Assembly: GCA_963767345.1 (NCBI GenBank)
Contig: CAVYDO010000004.1
Span: 30,939 to 94,938, forward strand
Direction of reading: 5' to 3'
Origin: an uncultured Actinomycetota bacterium
Lineage (GTDB): Bacteria > Actinomycetota > Actinomycetes > Propionibacteriales > Nocardioidaceae
DNA length: 64,000 bases
Of the stretch, positions 26,577 to 35,736 are shown piece by piece. Position numbers and translations under genes: made by a program. How positions within the stretch are numbered: position 1 is the first letter of the stretch; each line of letters begins with the position of its first letter. The notes below the pieces were generated by a model. The model ran no database searches. It saw only the letters and a program-made list of their open reading frames with translations, and was not told where the DNA came from.

Positions 26577-27209
26577 TCACCAAGGCGGCGGCGGGCCGCC
26601 GAAGGGCAGGTCGACGAGCTGCGGGCCGGCGCCCGCGAGATCGCGCAGGATCCAGTCGTCGCGCAGGAGCAGGACGGCGGACGCCGGCCGGAGCACCAGC
26701 CAGAGCCAGCGTCCGTGCGCCTCACCGGCGAGGACCATCCGGTCGAGGGTCACGCCGGGTGTCGGGACACTCCACAACGCGATCACGTTGTGGTCGACCC
26801 GCAGCCTGACGACTGGCTGTCCGTGACCGAAGTCCGGTCCCGGGTCGGGACCGGGCACGCCGGCCACCCGCGCGCCGAGGCCGACGTCCGGCTCCTCCGC
26901 GACGACCAGCACCTCGACCGCGCCGTCGAGGTCCGAGGTGCCGCTGCTGCAGCTGACCGTCGCCCGTCCGCGTCCGCCGACGTCGGCCACGACCCCGAAG
27001 TCGCTGACCCGCCAGCCCGGGCTCAGCGGCCAGGGCAGGTACGTCGGGAAGCCGGCCGCGCGCGTCAGGTGGTCGCTGAACGACTCGTACGCCGCCTCGA
27101 CCGGCTGCCACAGCGGGCGGATGTGCCCGTGCCCGGGGCACGACCACCCGCCATCAGCCCTCTCGACGGGCTCGGCGCAGCGCGGGCAGCCCGGTTGCAG
27201 CGGCGGCAT
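26577..27209 (-). CDS. DUF6758-like protein with an N-terminal Cys/His cluster
   Basis: CPRC...WSCPGHG, PTYLPWPL, EEPDVGLGAR. Confidence 0.65.
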   Translation of the reverse strand: MPPLQPGCPRCAEPVERADGGWSCPGHGHIRPLWQPVEAAYESFSDHLTRAAGFPTYLPWPLSPGWRVSDFGVVADVGGRGRATVSCSSGTSDLDGAVEVLVVAEEPDVGLGARVAGVPGPDPGPDFGHGQPVVRLRVDHNVIALWSVPTPGVTLDRMVLAGEAHGRWLWLVLRPASAVLLLRDDWILRDLAGAGPQLVDLPFGGPPPPW

Positions 27210-27305
27210 GTGACAACCGTCGGGGGCGACCCGCCCAGCAGTCAACACCCGCCGATCCGCTCGCCCAGGTTCGAGCCGGGTTGGCACAGGGTCGCTCCGG
27301 GTCGT

Positions 27306-27872
27306 TCAGGTGTTCCAGCGCAGGATCGCCGGCGTCTCGCGCTCGAAGCCGAGCACCGAGATCGTGGCGGTGTCGAGCCTCAGGTGCCGGCCGAACTGCG
27401 GCTCCTCCCCCAGCCACCGGGCCGCCAGCACCCGGCTCGCGTGGCCGTGGCTGAAGACCAGCGTGCGGCCCGTCGTCCGCGCCCGCTCGACCACACGGTC
27501 GAGCCGCGAGGCCACCTGCGCGGCGGTCTCGCCGCCGGGCAGGGGGTGGGTCCACACCGTCCAGTCGGGCACCGACTCGCGGATGCCGTTCGTGGTGACT
27601 CCCTCGTAGTCGCCGTACGACCACTCCACCAGATCGTCGTCGACCTCGGCGTCGGGGAAGCCCGCGAGCTCTGCCGTATGCCGGGCGCGAAGCCGAGGGC
27701 TGACCAGGACCTGGTCGAAGGCCGTCGCCGCCAGGCGCTCACGCAGGGAGGCGGCCGTCTCCTCTCCCGCATCGGTGAGCGGCAGGTCGGTGACCGACGT
27801 GTGCCGGCCGTCGCGGCTCCACTCGGTCTCTCCGTGTCGCACCATCCACAGCTCCGCGCCCGGCTCGCTCAT
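27306..27872 (-). CDS. Histidine phosphatase family protein
   Basis: RHGETEWS, EWSYGDYEG, SHGH. Confidence 0.9.
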   Translation of the reverse strand: MSEPGAELWMVRHGETEWSRDGRHTSVTDLPLTDAGEETAASLRERLAATAFDQVLVSPRLRARHTAELAGFPDAEVDDDLVEWSYGDYEGVTTNGIRESVPDWTVWTHPLPGGETAAQVASRLDRVVERARTTGRTLVFSHGHASRVLAARWLGEEPQFGRHLRLDTATISVLGFERETPAILRWNT

Positions 27873-28411
27873 CGCTCGACCGGCCCGGCCTTGTCGGGCC
27901 CAGCCTGGTCCGGCCTCGGGACCGGGCGGCCGGGCTGGTCGCCTCCTCGCGCCTCGAGGTAGCTCTGCTTGGGCACCATCATCTTGCGGCGGAAGGTGCA
28001 CACCACCGTGCCGTCCTGGTTGTAGCCGATCGTCTCGACGTGGACGACCCCGCGGTCGTCCTTCGACCTCGACTCCCACTTGTCGAGCACGGTGGTCTCG
28101 CCGTAGAGCGTGTCGCCGTGGAAGGTCGGTGCGACGTGGCGCAGCGACTCGACCTCGAGGTTGGCGATGGCCTTGCCCGACACGTCCGGCACGCTCATGC
28201 CGAGCAGGAGCGAGTAGACGTAGTTGCCGACCACGACGTTCCTGCCGAACTGGGTGGTCTCCTGCGCATAGTGCGCGTCCAGGTGCAGCGGATGGTGGTT
28301 CATGGTGAGCAGGCAGAAGAGATGGTCGTCGTACTCCGTCACCGTCTTCCCCGGCCAGTGCTTGTACGTCGCACCGACCTCGAACTCCTCATAGCCTCGC
28401 CCGAACTGCAT
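27869..28411 (-). CDS. MaoC-family dehydratase
   Basis: HWPGKTVTEYDD, NHHPLHLD, PTFHGDTLY. Confidence 0.9.
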   Translation of the reverse strand: MQFGRGYEEFEVGATYKHWPGKTVTEYDDHLFCLLTMNHHPLHLDAHYAQETTQFGRNVVVGNYVYSLLLGMSVPDVSGKAIANLEVESLRHVAPTFHGDTLYGETTVLDKWESRSKDDRGVVHVETIGYNQDGTVVCTFRRKMMVPKQSYLEARGGDQPGRPVPRPDQAGPDKAGPVER

Positions 28412-28473
28412 GGGCTCATCGTGCCGGACGGGTACGCCGCTACGTTCGCGTCGTGGGATATCTCACCGGCTCA

Positions 28474-28665
28474 TCAGGCGCCACCGCCGCCGGCCTTCCG
28501 CCGGTGCATGCGCGACGCCACGCCACCGCCGGCGACCTCCGGGCCGTGGGCCTTCTCGCGCGTGGGGGCGTCCTCGTGCACGCCCTTCTCTCGCGAGTTC
28601 TTCTTCGCCAGCGCCTCGCGCATCTTGGCCTTGATGTCGTCGTTGGCACCTTGGGAGTCAGGCAT
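28474..28665 (-). CDS. DUF5302-like small basic protein
   Basis: KAKMREALAKK...RMHRRKAGG. Confidence 0.7.
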   Translation of the reverse strand: MPDSQGANDDIKAKMREALAKKNSREKGVHEDAPTREKAHGPEVAGGGVASRMHRRKAGGGGA

Positions 28666-28794
28666 GTCGGTTCCCCTTCGCTCGGCTCGCTCTTCGCTGG
28701 CGTACGCCGCCCACCCTGCCACGCGGCCGGTGGCCGGGTCGAAGGGGATTCCCTCGCCGGGGAACCCGCGTGCGTCACCGCTCGTCCCACCAGC

Positions 28795-29328
28795 ATGACC
28801 CGGAGCCGCATGCTGATCGCCTCGCCCGTGCTGCTCGCCTGCCTGCTCCTGGCGGGCTGCGGCAGCGACACCGGCACCGAGGGCGGCAGCGAGCCGTCGC
28901 CGAGCCCGACCGGGACGCCCAGCGGGACACCCAGCGGGACACCCTCGCCCTCCAGCGGTACGCCGGCGCCGACCGGCCCCAACCCGCCGTACTCCCCGAC
29001 CGACTACGGCTTCACCCTGCAGATCTCCTGCTACTGCCCCGACGCCGGTGCGCCGATCCGTGTCACCGTCACCGACGGCGAGGTCAGCGACGCCCGCTGG
29101 CTGCGCCGCTCGAGGGACCATGCCAAGGGCGACCCGGTGACGCAGGACTGGCAACGGCTGACCATCCAGGACATCATCGACGCCGCCAACGACCCCGAGG
29201 CCGCCGACGTGAAGGTCGACTGGCCCGACGGCCAGGACTACCCGAGCCAGGTGAGCATCGACCAGAACAAGCGGATGGTCGACGAGGAGCGCTACTACAC
29301 GATCAAGGACGTCGAGCTCGCCGAGTAG
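28795..29328 (+). CDS. Lipoprotein (DUF6174-like)
   Basis: Lipobox LLAGC; ISCYCP; YPSQVSID...DEERYY. Confidence 0.7.
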   Translation: MTRSRMLIASPVLLACLLLAGCGSDTGTEGGSEPSPSPTGTPSGTPSGTPSPSSGTPAPTGPNPPYSPTDYGFTLQISCYCPDAGAPIRVTVTDGEVSDARWLRRSRDHAKGDPVTQDWQRLTIQDIIDAANDPEAADVKVDWPDGQDYPSQVSIDQNKRMVDEERYYTIKDVELAE

Positions 29329-29359
29329 CCCCCACCCCGCCGAGTCGGGTCGGGGTCGG

Positions 29360-30574
29360 TCAGCCCTTGAGGGGGTAGTCCTCGAGGAGGCGGCGGCCGA
29401 TGATCATCCGCTGGATGTCCGCCGTACCCTCCCCGATGAGCAGCATCGGCGCCTCGCGGTAGAGCCGCTCGATCTCGTACTCCTTGGAGAAGCCGTAGCC
29501 GCCGTGGATGCGGAAGGAGTCCTCCACGACCTGGGCGCAGTACTCCGCGGCGAGGTACTTGGCCATGCCGGCCTCGAGGTCGTTGCGCTCGCCGCCGTCC
29601 TTCTTGCGAGCCGCCTTGACCATCATCTGGTGCGCGGCCTCGACCTTGGTGCCCATCTCGGCGAGCCGGAAGAGCACCGCCTGGTGCTCGGCGATCCGCT
29701 TGCCGAAGGTCTCGCGCTGTTGGGAGTAGGCGATGCCGAGCTCGAAGGCGCGGTTGGCGACGCCGCAGCCACGGGCGGCCACGTTGACCCGGCCGACCTC
29801 GACGCCGTCCATCATCTGATAGAAGCCCCTGCCCGGTGTGCCGCCCAGGATCTGGTCGGCGGAGATGCGGTGGCCCTCGAGCACCATCTCGGTGGTGTCG
29901 ACGCCCTTGTAGCCCATCTTCTCGATCTTCCCGGGGATGGTGACGCCCTGGGCGGTCTCGCCGAAGCCCACCTCCTTCTCCACGAGGAAGGTCGTCATCC
30001 TCCTGTAGACCGACGCCCCCTCCTCGGCGTCCTCGTCGGTGCGCACGAGCACGGCGACGAGGTTGGCCGAGCCGCCGTTGGTCAGCCACATCTTCTGGCC
30101 CGTGATCTCGTACGTCGACGGGTCGCCCGCGGCTCGCACCGCCTTGGTCTTGATCGCCGCGACATCGGAGCCGCAGCCGGGCTCGGACATCGAGAAGGCA
30201 CCGCGTACCTCGCCGGCGGCCATCCTCGGCAGGTACTTCCGCTTCTGCTCCTCGGTCCCGTGTTGGAGCAGCATGTAGGCGACGATGAAGTGGGTGTTGA
30301 TGATGCCGCTGACGCTCATCCATCCGCGGGCGATCTCCTCGACGACCAGCGCGTAGGTGAGCAGCGACTCGCCGAGGCCGTCGTACTCCTCGGGGATCGT
30401 CAGCCCGAAGACGCCGAGCTCCTTGAGTCCCTCGACGATCTCGGTGGGGTACTCGTCCCGGTGCTCCAACTCGTTCGCGACCGGGATGATCCGCTCGTCG
30501 ACGAACGTCCGGACAGCTTTGAGGATCTCGACCTGGTCATCGGTGAGGTCGTCGGTCTGACAGAGGCGCGCCAT
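29360..30574 (-). CDS. Acyl-CoA dehydrogenase
   Basis: FSMSEPGCGSD, GQKMWLTNG, IHGGYGF, IGEGTADIQR. Confidence 0.93.
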   Translation of the reverse strand: MARLCQTDDLTDDQVEILKAVRTFVDERIIPVANELEHRDEYPTEIVEGLKELGVFGLTIPEEYDGLGESLLTYALVVEEIARGWMSVSGIINTHFIVAYMLLQHGTEEQKRKYLPRMAAGEVRGAFSMSEPGCGSDVAAIKTKAVRAAGDPSTYEITGQKMWLTNGGSANLVAVLVRTDEDAEEGASVYRRMTTFLVEKEVGFGETAQGVTIPGKIEKMGYKGVDTTEMVLEGHRISADQILGGTPGRGFYQMMDGVEVGRVNVAARGCGVANRAFELGIAYSQQRETFGKRIAEHQAVLFRLAEMGTKVEAAHQMMVKAARKKDGGERNDLEAGMAKYLAAEYCAQVVEDSFRIHGGYGFSKEYEIERLYREAPMLLIGEGTADIQRMIIGRRLLEDYPLKG

Positions 30575-30651
30575 GCCGCCGGACGCTAGACCCCTGGGCT
30601 CCCGGACGGCAATGAGAAGCACCACACAGTGGGGTTTGTCATGATGGGGTC

Positions 30652-31296
30652 ATGGACACCCGACTGACGCGACCCCGAGCCAAGGCCATGCGCGCCCTCC
30701 CCCTCGTTGCCGGCGCCGCAGCGGTGTTGTTCACCGTGAGCGCCTGCGGGAGCGACGACAGCTCCGGCGACACCGCCGAGGGCGGAGCGGAGAGCTCTCC
30801 GTCCGCCACCACGGAGACCTCGGCCGCGCCGAGCGAGACCGCGACCCCGGAGCCGCCCGACGGCCTGGCCGACAAGGTGTGGACGAAGCAGGCGGCCAAG
30901 GCGCTGAGGGCCGGCCTGCCCGCCCTCGTGCCCTCCGACACGTCCTCCGGCTATTCGCTCAGCAAGGCCACGTACAGCGCCGAGCCCGAGCCGGCGTGGG
31001 ATATCGAGCTGACCAACGGCGCGGGCACAGTGGCGGCGGTCAGCCAGAGCCTGGCGGGGGCCGACGCGCTGGTCGCCGACCGCCTGGGCGCGGGCGCCGA
31101 GGCCGGCGACCCCGTCGACCTCGCCGACTACGGCACCGGCAGCTGGGACACCTACACCGTCGACGACGTGGCTGCGATGACGCTGCAGCTCAAGCACGGC
31201 TCGGCGATCGTGACCGCCCCGACGCTCGACGAGGCGACCGCGATCGCCAAGACGCTGCTCACCTACGAGATCGACCCCGGCGGCAGCGAGGGCTGA
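30652..31296 (+). CDS. Secreted lipoprotein (DUF4245-like)
   Basis: Signal peptide with lipobox-like VSAC; Ser/Thr-rich linker. Confidence 0.6.
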   Translation: MDTRLTRPRAKAMRALPLVAGAAAVLFTVSACGSDDSSGDTAEGGAESSPSATTETSAAPSETATPEPPDGLADKVWTKQAAKALRAGLPALVPSDTSSGYSLSKATYSAEPEPAWDIELTNGAGTVAAVSQSLAGADALVADRLGAGAEAGDPVDLADYGTGSWDTYTVDDVAAMTLQLKHGSAIVTAPTLDEATAIAKTLLTYEIDPGGSEG

Positions 31297-31306
31297 CCAA
31301 CGCACG

Positions 31307-31328
31307 CCGATTCAGTCGACTGAATCGG
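31307..31328. repeat. Perfect 22-bp palindrome between convergent genes
   Basis: CCGATTCAGTCGACTGAATCGG. Confidence 0.9.
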
Positions 31329-31335
31329 GGTTTGC

Positions 31336-32661
31336 TCAGGCCTGGGCCCACATCTGGTCGAAGAGGTAGGCGTACTGGTCGGCGTACGCCGGGTCGTTGA
31401 TCTGGACGATCAGGTCGTCGCGGTTGAGCGCTCGGTCGCTCCAGTTGTGCGACCCGGTCCAGGCCCGTGAGGTCCGGGGCAGGCCGTCGAAGCCACCCTG
31501 CACGATCATCACCTTCTGGTGGGTGCGGATGCCCTGATGGGTGCCCGCGTTGACCGCGACGCCGGCCCCGGTCAGGATCGAGGTGACCGCGCTGCCGGTG
31601 CCGACGCCGTAGAGCACCTGCACCGCGCAGCCCGAGCGAGCCAGCTCGGCCACCCGGAAGGCGATCGCCTTGCCGCGCTCGCCGTTCCACGCATGGGCGC
31701 TCAGCAGCAGCCGGGTCTGCACGACCGCCGTGGGGTCCGGGTACGTCGGGTCGATCTCGACCATCGGCACCAGGCACCGGATGCGGCTCATCGCGTCGAG
31801 AACGGGGTCGGGCGTGAAGGCAAGGTTGATGGGCGTCATCTCGACCTGGTTGAGGCCGGCGACCCGCCGGCGGAAGGACGGGATGACCTCCTGGTCCTTC
31901 TTCAGCTGGTTGAACCAGCGGTTGTAGGACTTGTAGTACGTCTTGTCGTTGGCGACCGTGTAGAGGTCGTTCCACTGCCGCTGCGCGTTGTACTGGGTGA
32001 TATTCACCGACCCGGCGATCGTGACGAACTGGGCGGTGCCCACGTCGCTGAAGGCGAAGTACTTCGCGTGCATCTGGCCACCCTTCGGGCCGCGGCAGCT
32101 GCCGACGCAGGCGATCGCGAACGACGCCGCGTTGGGGTTCGTGCCCAGCACTCGCCGTGCTCGACGTACGGCGGGGAAGTTGCGGTCACCGGACACCACG
32201 AGCTTGACCCGCACACCGCGCTGGTAGGCGGAGATCAGGGCGTTGGAGACGCTCGGGTCGGCGAAGGAGAAGACCGCCATCTTGATCAGGCTGCCCTTGG
32301 GGCTCGCGTTGATGTTCTGGATCAGGAAGTCGACGAGCGTGCGCTGCTCGGTCGACGCGCCGAGCGGGTTGTTGAACATGACGCCCGACGCCGGCGTGAA
32401 CCGGCGGCCCAGCTGGCGTGCCCCCGGGCCGAGGTTGGTCTTGCGGACGCGAGCGACGCTCGCGGCGGCCTTCGCGCTCCAGTCGTCCTTGAGCCGGACG
32501 ACCGTGCGCCCATCGGGCGCGGGCGTGGGATCGGCGGAGGCGGAGCCTCCGACGAGCGCGGGCAGGACGCTCGCGACCAGCGTGGCGGCGACCGCGAGTG
32601 CGAGGGCGCGCGGGGTGGGTCGCCCGCGCCTGGCAGCGGTGGTGGACGTGGGAAGGGGCAC
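31336..32661 (-). CDS. Secreted phospholipase D-superfamily protein
   Basis: Signal peptide; HAKYFAFS...GSVN and HQKVMIVQ...TGSHNW (variant HKD motifs). Confidence 0.8.
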   Translation of the reverse strand: MPLPTSTTAARRGRPTPRALALAVAATLVASVLPALVGGSASADPTPAPDGRTVVRLKDDWSAKAAASVARVRKTNLGPGARQLGRRFTPASGVMFNNPLGASTEQRTLVDFLIQNINASPKGSLIKMAVFSFADPSVSNALISAYQRGVRVKLVVSGDRNFPAVRRARRVLGTNPNAASFAIACVGSCRGPKGGQMHAKYFAFSDVGTAQFVTIAGSVNITQYNAQRQWNDLYTVANDKTYYKSYNRWFNQLKKDQEVIPSFRRRVAGLNQVEMTPINLAFTPDPVLDAMSRIRCLVPMVEIDPTYPDPTAVVQTRLLLSAHAWNGERGKAIAFRVAELARSGCAVQVLYGVGTGSAVTSILTGAGVAVNAGTHQGIRTHQKVMIVQGGFDGLPRTSRAWTGSHNWSDRALNRDDLIVQINDPAYADQYAYLFDQMWAQA

Positions 32662-32859
32662 CGGATTACTCCTCGGTCGACGTCACGGATGTGCCTTGGT
32701 TTGGTGCAGGTCGCGTCGGCTTCTACCCCTCGGTGACCGAAGACACACCCATCACTGTAAGTACATCCCGTCACACGAGCAACATGGCGCCACCTGCGGA
32801 CGTCTGGTACGACGCTCGCGGACCGCCCCGGGTTCGGTCGGGTTCGGACCGGGAGCGGG

Positions 32860-34227
32860 TCAGTCGTTCTCCCAGGTGCGGCCCGGGTGGAGCTGCTCGG
32901 TGCGCAGCTTCTGCACCTTCCGGGTGCCCTGCTTGGTCACCAGCCGACCGTTCTCTCGGACCAGATAGTCGAAGTTGGTATAGGTCGTGGTGTAGGCGTT
33001 GCGGGAGTAGCGGGGGCGCCACATCAGGTTGAAGTTCCTGGTCCACTTCTTGACCGCGGACGCGCTGTTGAGGGCGACCATGATCTCGTCCTGGGGCAGG
33101 CCGAGGCTGGACCAGTTGGACGACCCGGTGTAGACGTACCTGGCTTTGGGGTTGCCGCGGTACATGCCGTCGATGGTCAGGTACTTCTGGTGGGTGTAGC
33201 GCTCGATGGTCAGCAGCCCGTCCTTGTCGCGCACGCCGTCGAGGTCGAAGCCGGTCGAGCGCATCGGCATCCTGCCGCGCGGCGTGACCGCGCCGAGCTT
33301 CTGCTTCACGTGGAAGCCCATGATGCCGAAGCTCAGCCGGACGTTGCAGCCTTCGGCGTACTTGCGCCGGATGACGTCCGCGAGCCGCTCACTACGCTTG
33401 CCGCGCATCGTGTGCATGGAGATGTTGAGCGAGGTCCTTCGCTCGTTGCCGGCGGAGCCGGTGTAGAGGCATTGGACGTTGTTCAGCACCTGGGTGACCG
33501 GGTCGTTCGCGGGCGTCACGACGAGCGGGAAGACCTTGGTGAAGATCTTCGAGGTGTCCTCGTTGCACGGCGCGACCTCGACATCGCAGAAGTCGTAGGC
33601 CGGCTGCCGGTCGCTGTAGTCGTGCCGCATGTCGTTGAACAGCTTCACGTACTGCCGGTAGAGGTACTGCTTGTTGCGCCCGGTCCACAGGTCGTTCCAC
33701 TGCCACCTCACCGCGTTGAGCGTCATGTTGTACGACCCGAGCATGACCACGTGCTTGGCCTTGCCGGTCTTGGAGAAGAGGTAGAACTTCGAGTGCAGGT
33801 TGTTGTAGGAGGTCTTGTTCGCCCGGCAGCCCGCGTTGCAGCGCCACACGAAGTTCTTCTTGCTCCGGTCGGTGCCGAGATATTTGCGCAGCTTCGCCTG
33901 CGGGGCGGGCCGCAGCGCCGGGTGGTCGTTGAGCAGGAGCTGCACCTTGACGCCGCGACGCTTGGCCGCGATGAGGGCGTCGGTCACCGGCATCCGGTCG
34001 AGGGAGTAGGAGGCGATCCGGATCCGCTCGCCCTTCTTGGTGTGCCGGATCGCGGCGAGGAGGTGGCGCTCGATCTTGAACTTCTGGGCGGAGCTGCCGA
34101 CCGGGATGTTGAAGATGCCGCCCTTGGGAGGCTTGTAGCGCTCGGCCTGGGCGGGAGCCACGGACAGCGCCAGCAGCGACGCGACGAGGCCCAGGAGCAC
34201 GAGGGCGGTGGTCAGGCGCGACTTCAC
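32860..34227 (-). CDS. Secreted phospholipase D-superfamily protein
   Basis: GTG at 34227; signal peptide ending AQA; HSKFYLFS...GSYN and HQKYLTID...TGSSNW. Confidence 0.82.
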   Translation of the reverse strand: MKSRLTTALVLLGLVASLLALSVAPAQAERYKPPKGGIFNIPVGSSAQKFKIERHLLAAIRHTKKGERIRIASYSLDRMPVTDALIAAKRRGVKVQLLLNDHPALRPAPQAKLRKYLGTDRSKKNFVWRCNAGCRANKTSYNNLHSKFYLFSKTGKAKHVVMLGSYNMTLNAVRWQWNDLWTGRNKQYLYRQYVKLFNDMRHDYSDRQPAYDFCDVEVAPCNEDTSKIFTKVFPLVVTPANDPVTQVLNNVQCLYTGSAGNERRTSLNISMHTMRGKRSERLADVIRRKYAEGCNVRLSFGIMGFHVKQKLGAVTPRGRMPMRSTGFDLDGVRDKDGLLTIERYTHQKYLTIDGMYRGNPKARYVYTGSSNWSSLGLPQDEIMVALNSASAVKKWTRNFNLMWRPRYSRNAYTTTYTNFDYLVRENGRLVTKQGTRKVQKLRTEQLHPGRTWEND

Positions 34228-34380
34228 TGTGGACTCTCCCGATGCTGATGGCGGATGGGGCCGGCGCAGCGCGAGACGATGGCCCCCCGCTACGACGAAC
34301 GGCGCGCGATGCGATCGATCGCTCGCGTGCCGTGTCGGTAGGTCCGATGCTGCCCTCGGGGCGCGACCCCTCCGCACTGG

Positions 34381-35433
34381 TTACCGGGGGGGCCGAGACT
34401 CTCGGGACAGGTCTCGGACGTCTTGGAGCATAACAGCGACGAGTGTCGCGGCCGCATCAACGAGCCTCGAGTCGGGTACGTCGTGTCGCGGCTCACCGAC
34501 CCCGTCGCTCGTGGTCGGCGCGTCGCCGGGGACCAGGAGTGCTGCGACGTCACCACGGACGTCGTAGCCAGCCTCCTCGATCATCCGTACGGCGCGGCCG
34601 GCCCGTCGCCGGCAGTCCTCGACCAGGTCCGGTGGCGCCAGGATCGGGCCTCCGCGCTGCTGGGCGAGGCGCCCCTCCGCCAGATAGCCGCGGATCCACT
34701 CGCCCCGGTCGAGGGAGGTGTCGAAGCCGTCCAGTCGCTCGTTGACCCTGCGCAGCAGCTCGATCTGCTCGTGTCCGATGCGTGCGTTGACCGCACCCTC
34801 GGGGGCCCGGTGGCGGTCGGGGTCGAGACCGAGGACGCCCGCGAAGTTGCGCCAGTGGGCATCGGGACGCGAGGTGGACCGATCGGGCATCGGCAGGATG
34901 TGCAGCCGCTCGGGCGGTACGTGACCGCCCCACCGGCGCAGCACCTTGCCGAGGTCCCAGGTGCGCCAGCCGAACTCGGAGCCGGCACCGCGTGCGGTGT
35001 GCGCGGCGACCTCCTCGAGGGTCCTGCGACCGCCGTTCTTCACCGACTCCTGCCAGCCGGCGGTCAGCATGCCGAGGGTGTCCCGGGCGGTGATGACGAC
35101 GTGGACCTCCGCCTCACCGAGGGCCGCCACGGCGGCGGCGGCCTGGGCGCGCGTGGCGCCGCACATGAACTCATGGGTGATGAGCGCGTCCTGCCGCCAG
35201 CCGGCGGTCTCTGCGACCAGGCGCGACCAGGCGCCGGGGGCGTCGGGGTGTCGCCGGGCCAGCCTCGGCCGCTGCTGCAGGTCGAGCGCCGCCCAGAGGT
35301 GCTCCCGGTGACCTGCCCCCGGCAGCAGCAGTCCGTCCGCGCGAAGCGGTCTCCTCGCCTCCCAGAGGATCTGCTGGAGATACGTCGTCCCGGTCTTGGG
35401 CAGACCGATGTGGAGGAAGACCCGGCGTGCCAT
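34381..35433 (-). CDS. Sulfotransferase-like P-loop protein
   Basis: FLHIGLPKTGTTYLQ (PAPS-binding-loop type); SAWQE-like AGWQE motif. Confidence 0.65.
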   Translation of the reverse strand: MARRVFLHIGLPKTGTTYLQQILWEARRPLRADGLLLPGAGHREHLWAALDLQQRPRLARRHPDAPGAWSRLVAETAGWRQDALITHEFMCGATRAQAAAAVAALGEAEVHVVITARDTLGMLTAGWQESVKNGGRRTLEEVAAHTARGAGSEFGWRTWDLGKVLRRWGGHVPPERLHILPMPDRSTSRPDAHWRNFAGVLGLDPDRHRAPEGAVNARIGHEQIELLRRVNERLDGFDTSLDRGEWIRGYLAEGRLAQQRGGPILAPPDLVEDCRRRAGRAVRMIEEAGYDVRGDVAALLVPGDAPTTSDGVGEPRHDVPDSRLVDAAATLVAVMLQDVRDLSRESRPPR

Positions 35434-35447
35434 CGGGACCGCCCGGC

Positions 35448-35729
35448 CTACAGGTCCTTGCCGTACTGCTTGAGCAGCGCGGCGAGCTTCTCCTCGTCAC
35501 GGGCGGCGACCGGGATCAGGAGCTCACCCACGATGTCGGTCAGCTCGGCGAGGCGGCCGTTGAGAGCACGGCACTCCTGGACCTCGGCCTCGAGGCGCGC
35601 GACCCGGCGACGCAGATCCTGCTGCGAGCTGCGCCGCTCCCGCGCGGTCGAGACGGTCTTGCGCGCCCAGTCGAGGGCGGCTCGGCCGCCTCCATCCCGT
35701 GTCCGGTTGGGCGAGTCCGACTGCGTCAT
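35448..35729 (-). CDS. DUF6752-like small coiled-coil protein
   Basis: LEAEVQECRALNGRLAELTDIVGELLIP. Confidence 0.7.
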   Translation of the reverse strand: MTQSDSPNRTRDGGGRAALDWARKTVSTARERRSSQQDLRRRVARLEAEVQECRALNGRLAELTDIVGELLIPVAARDEEKLAALLKQYGKDL

Positions 35730-35736
35730 GGGCACA

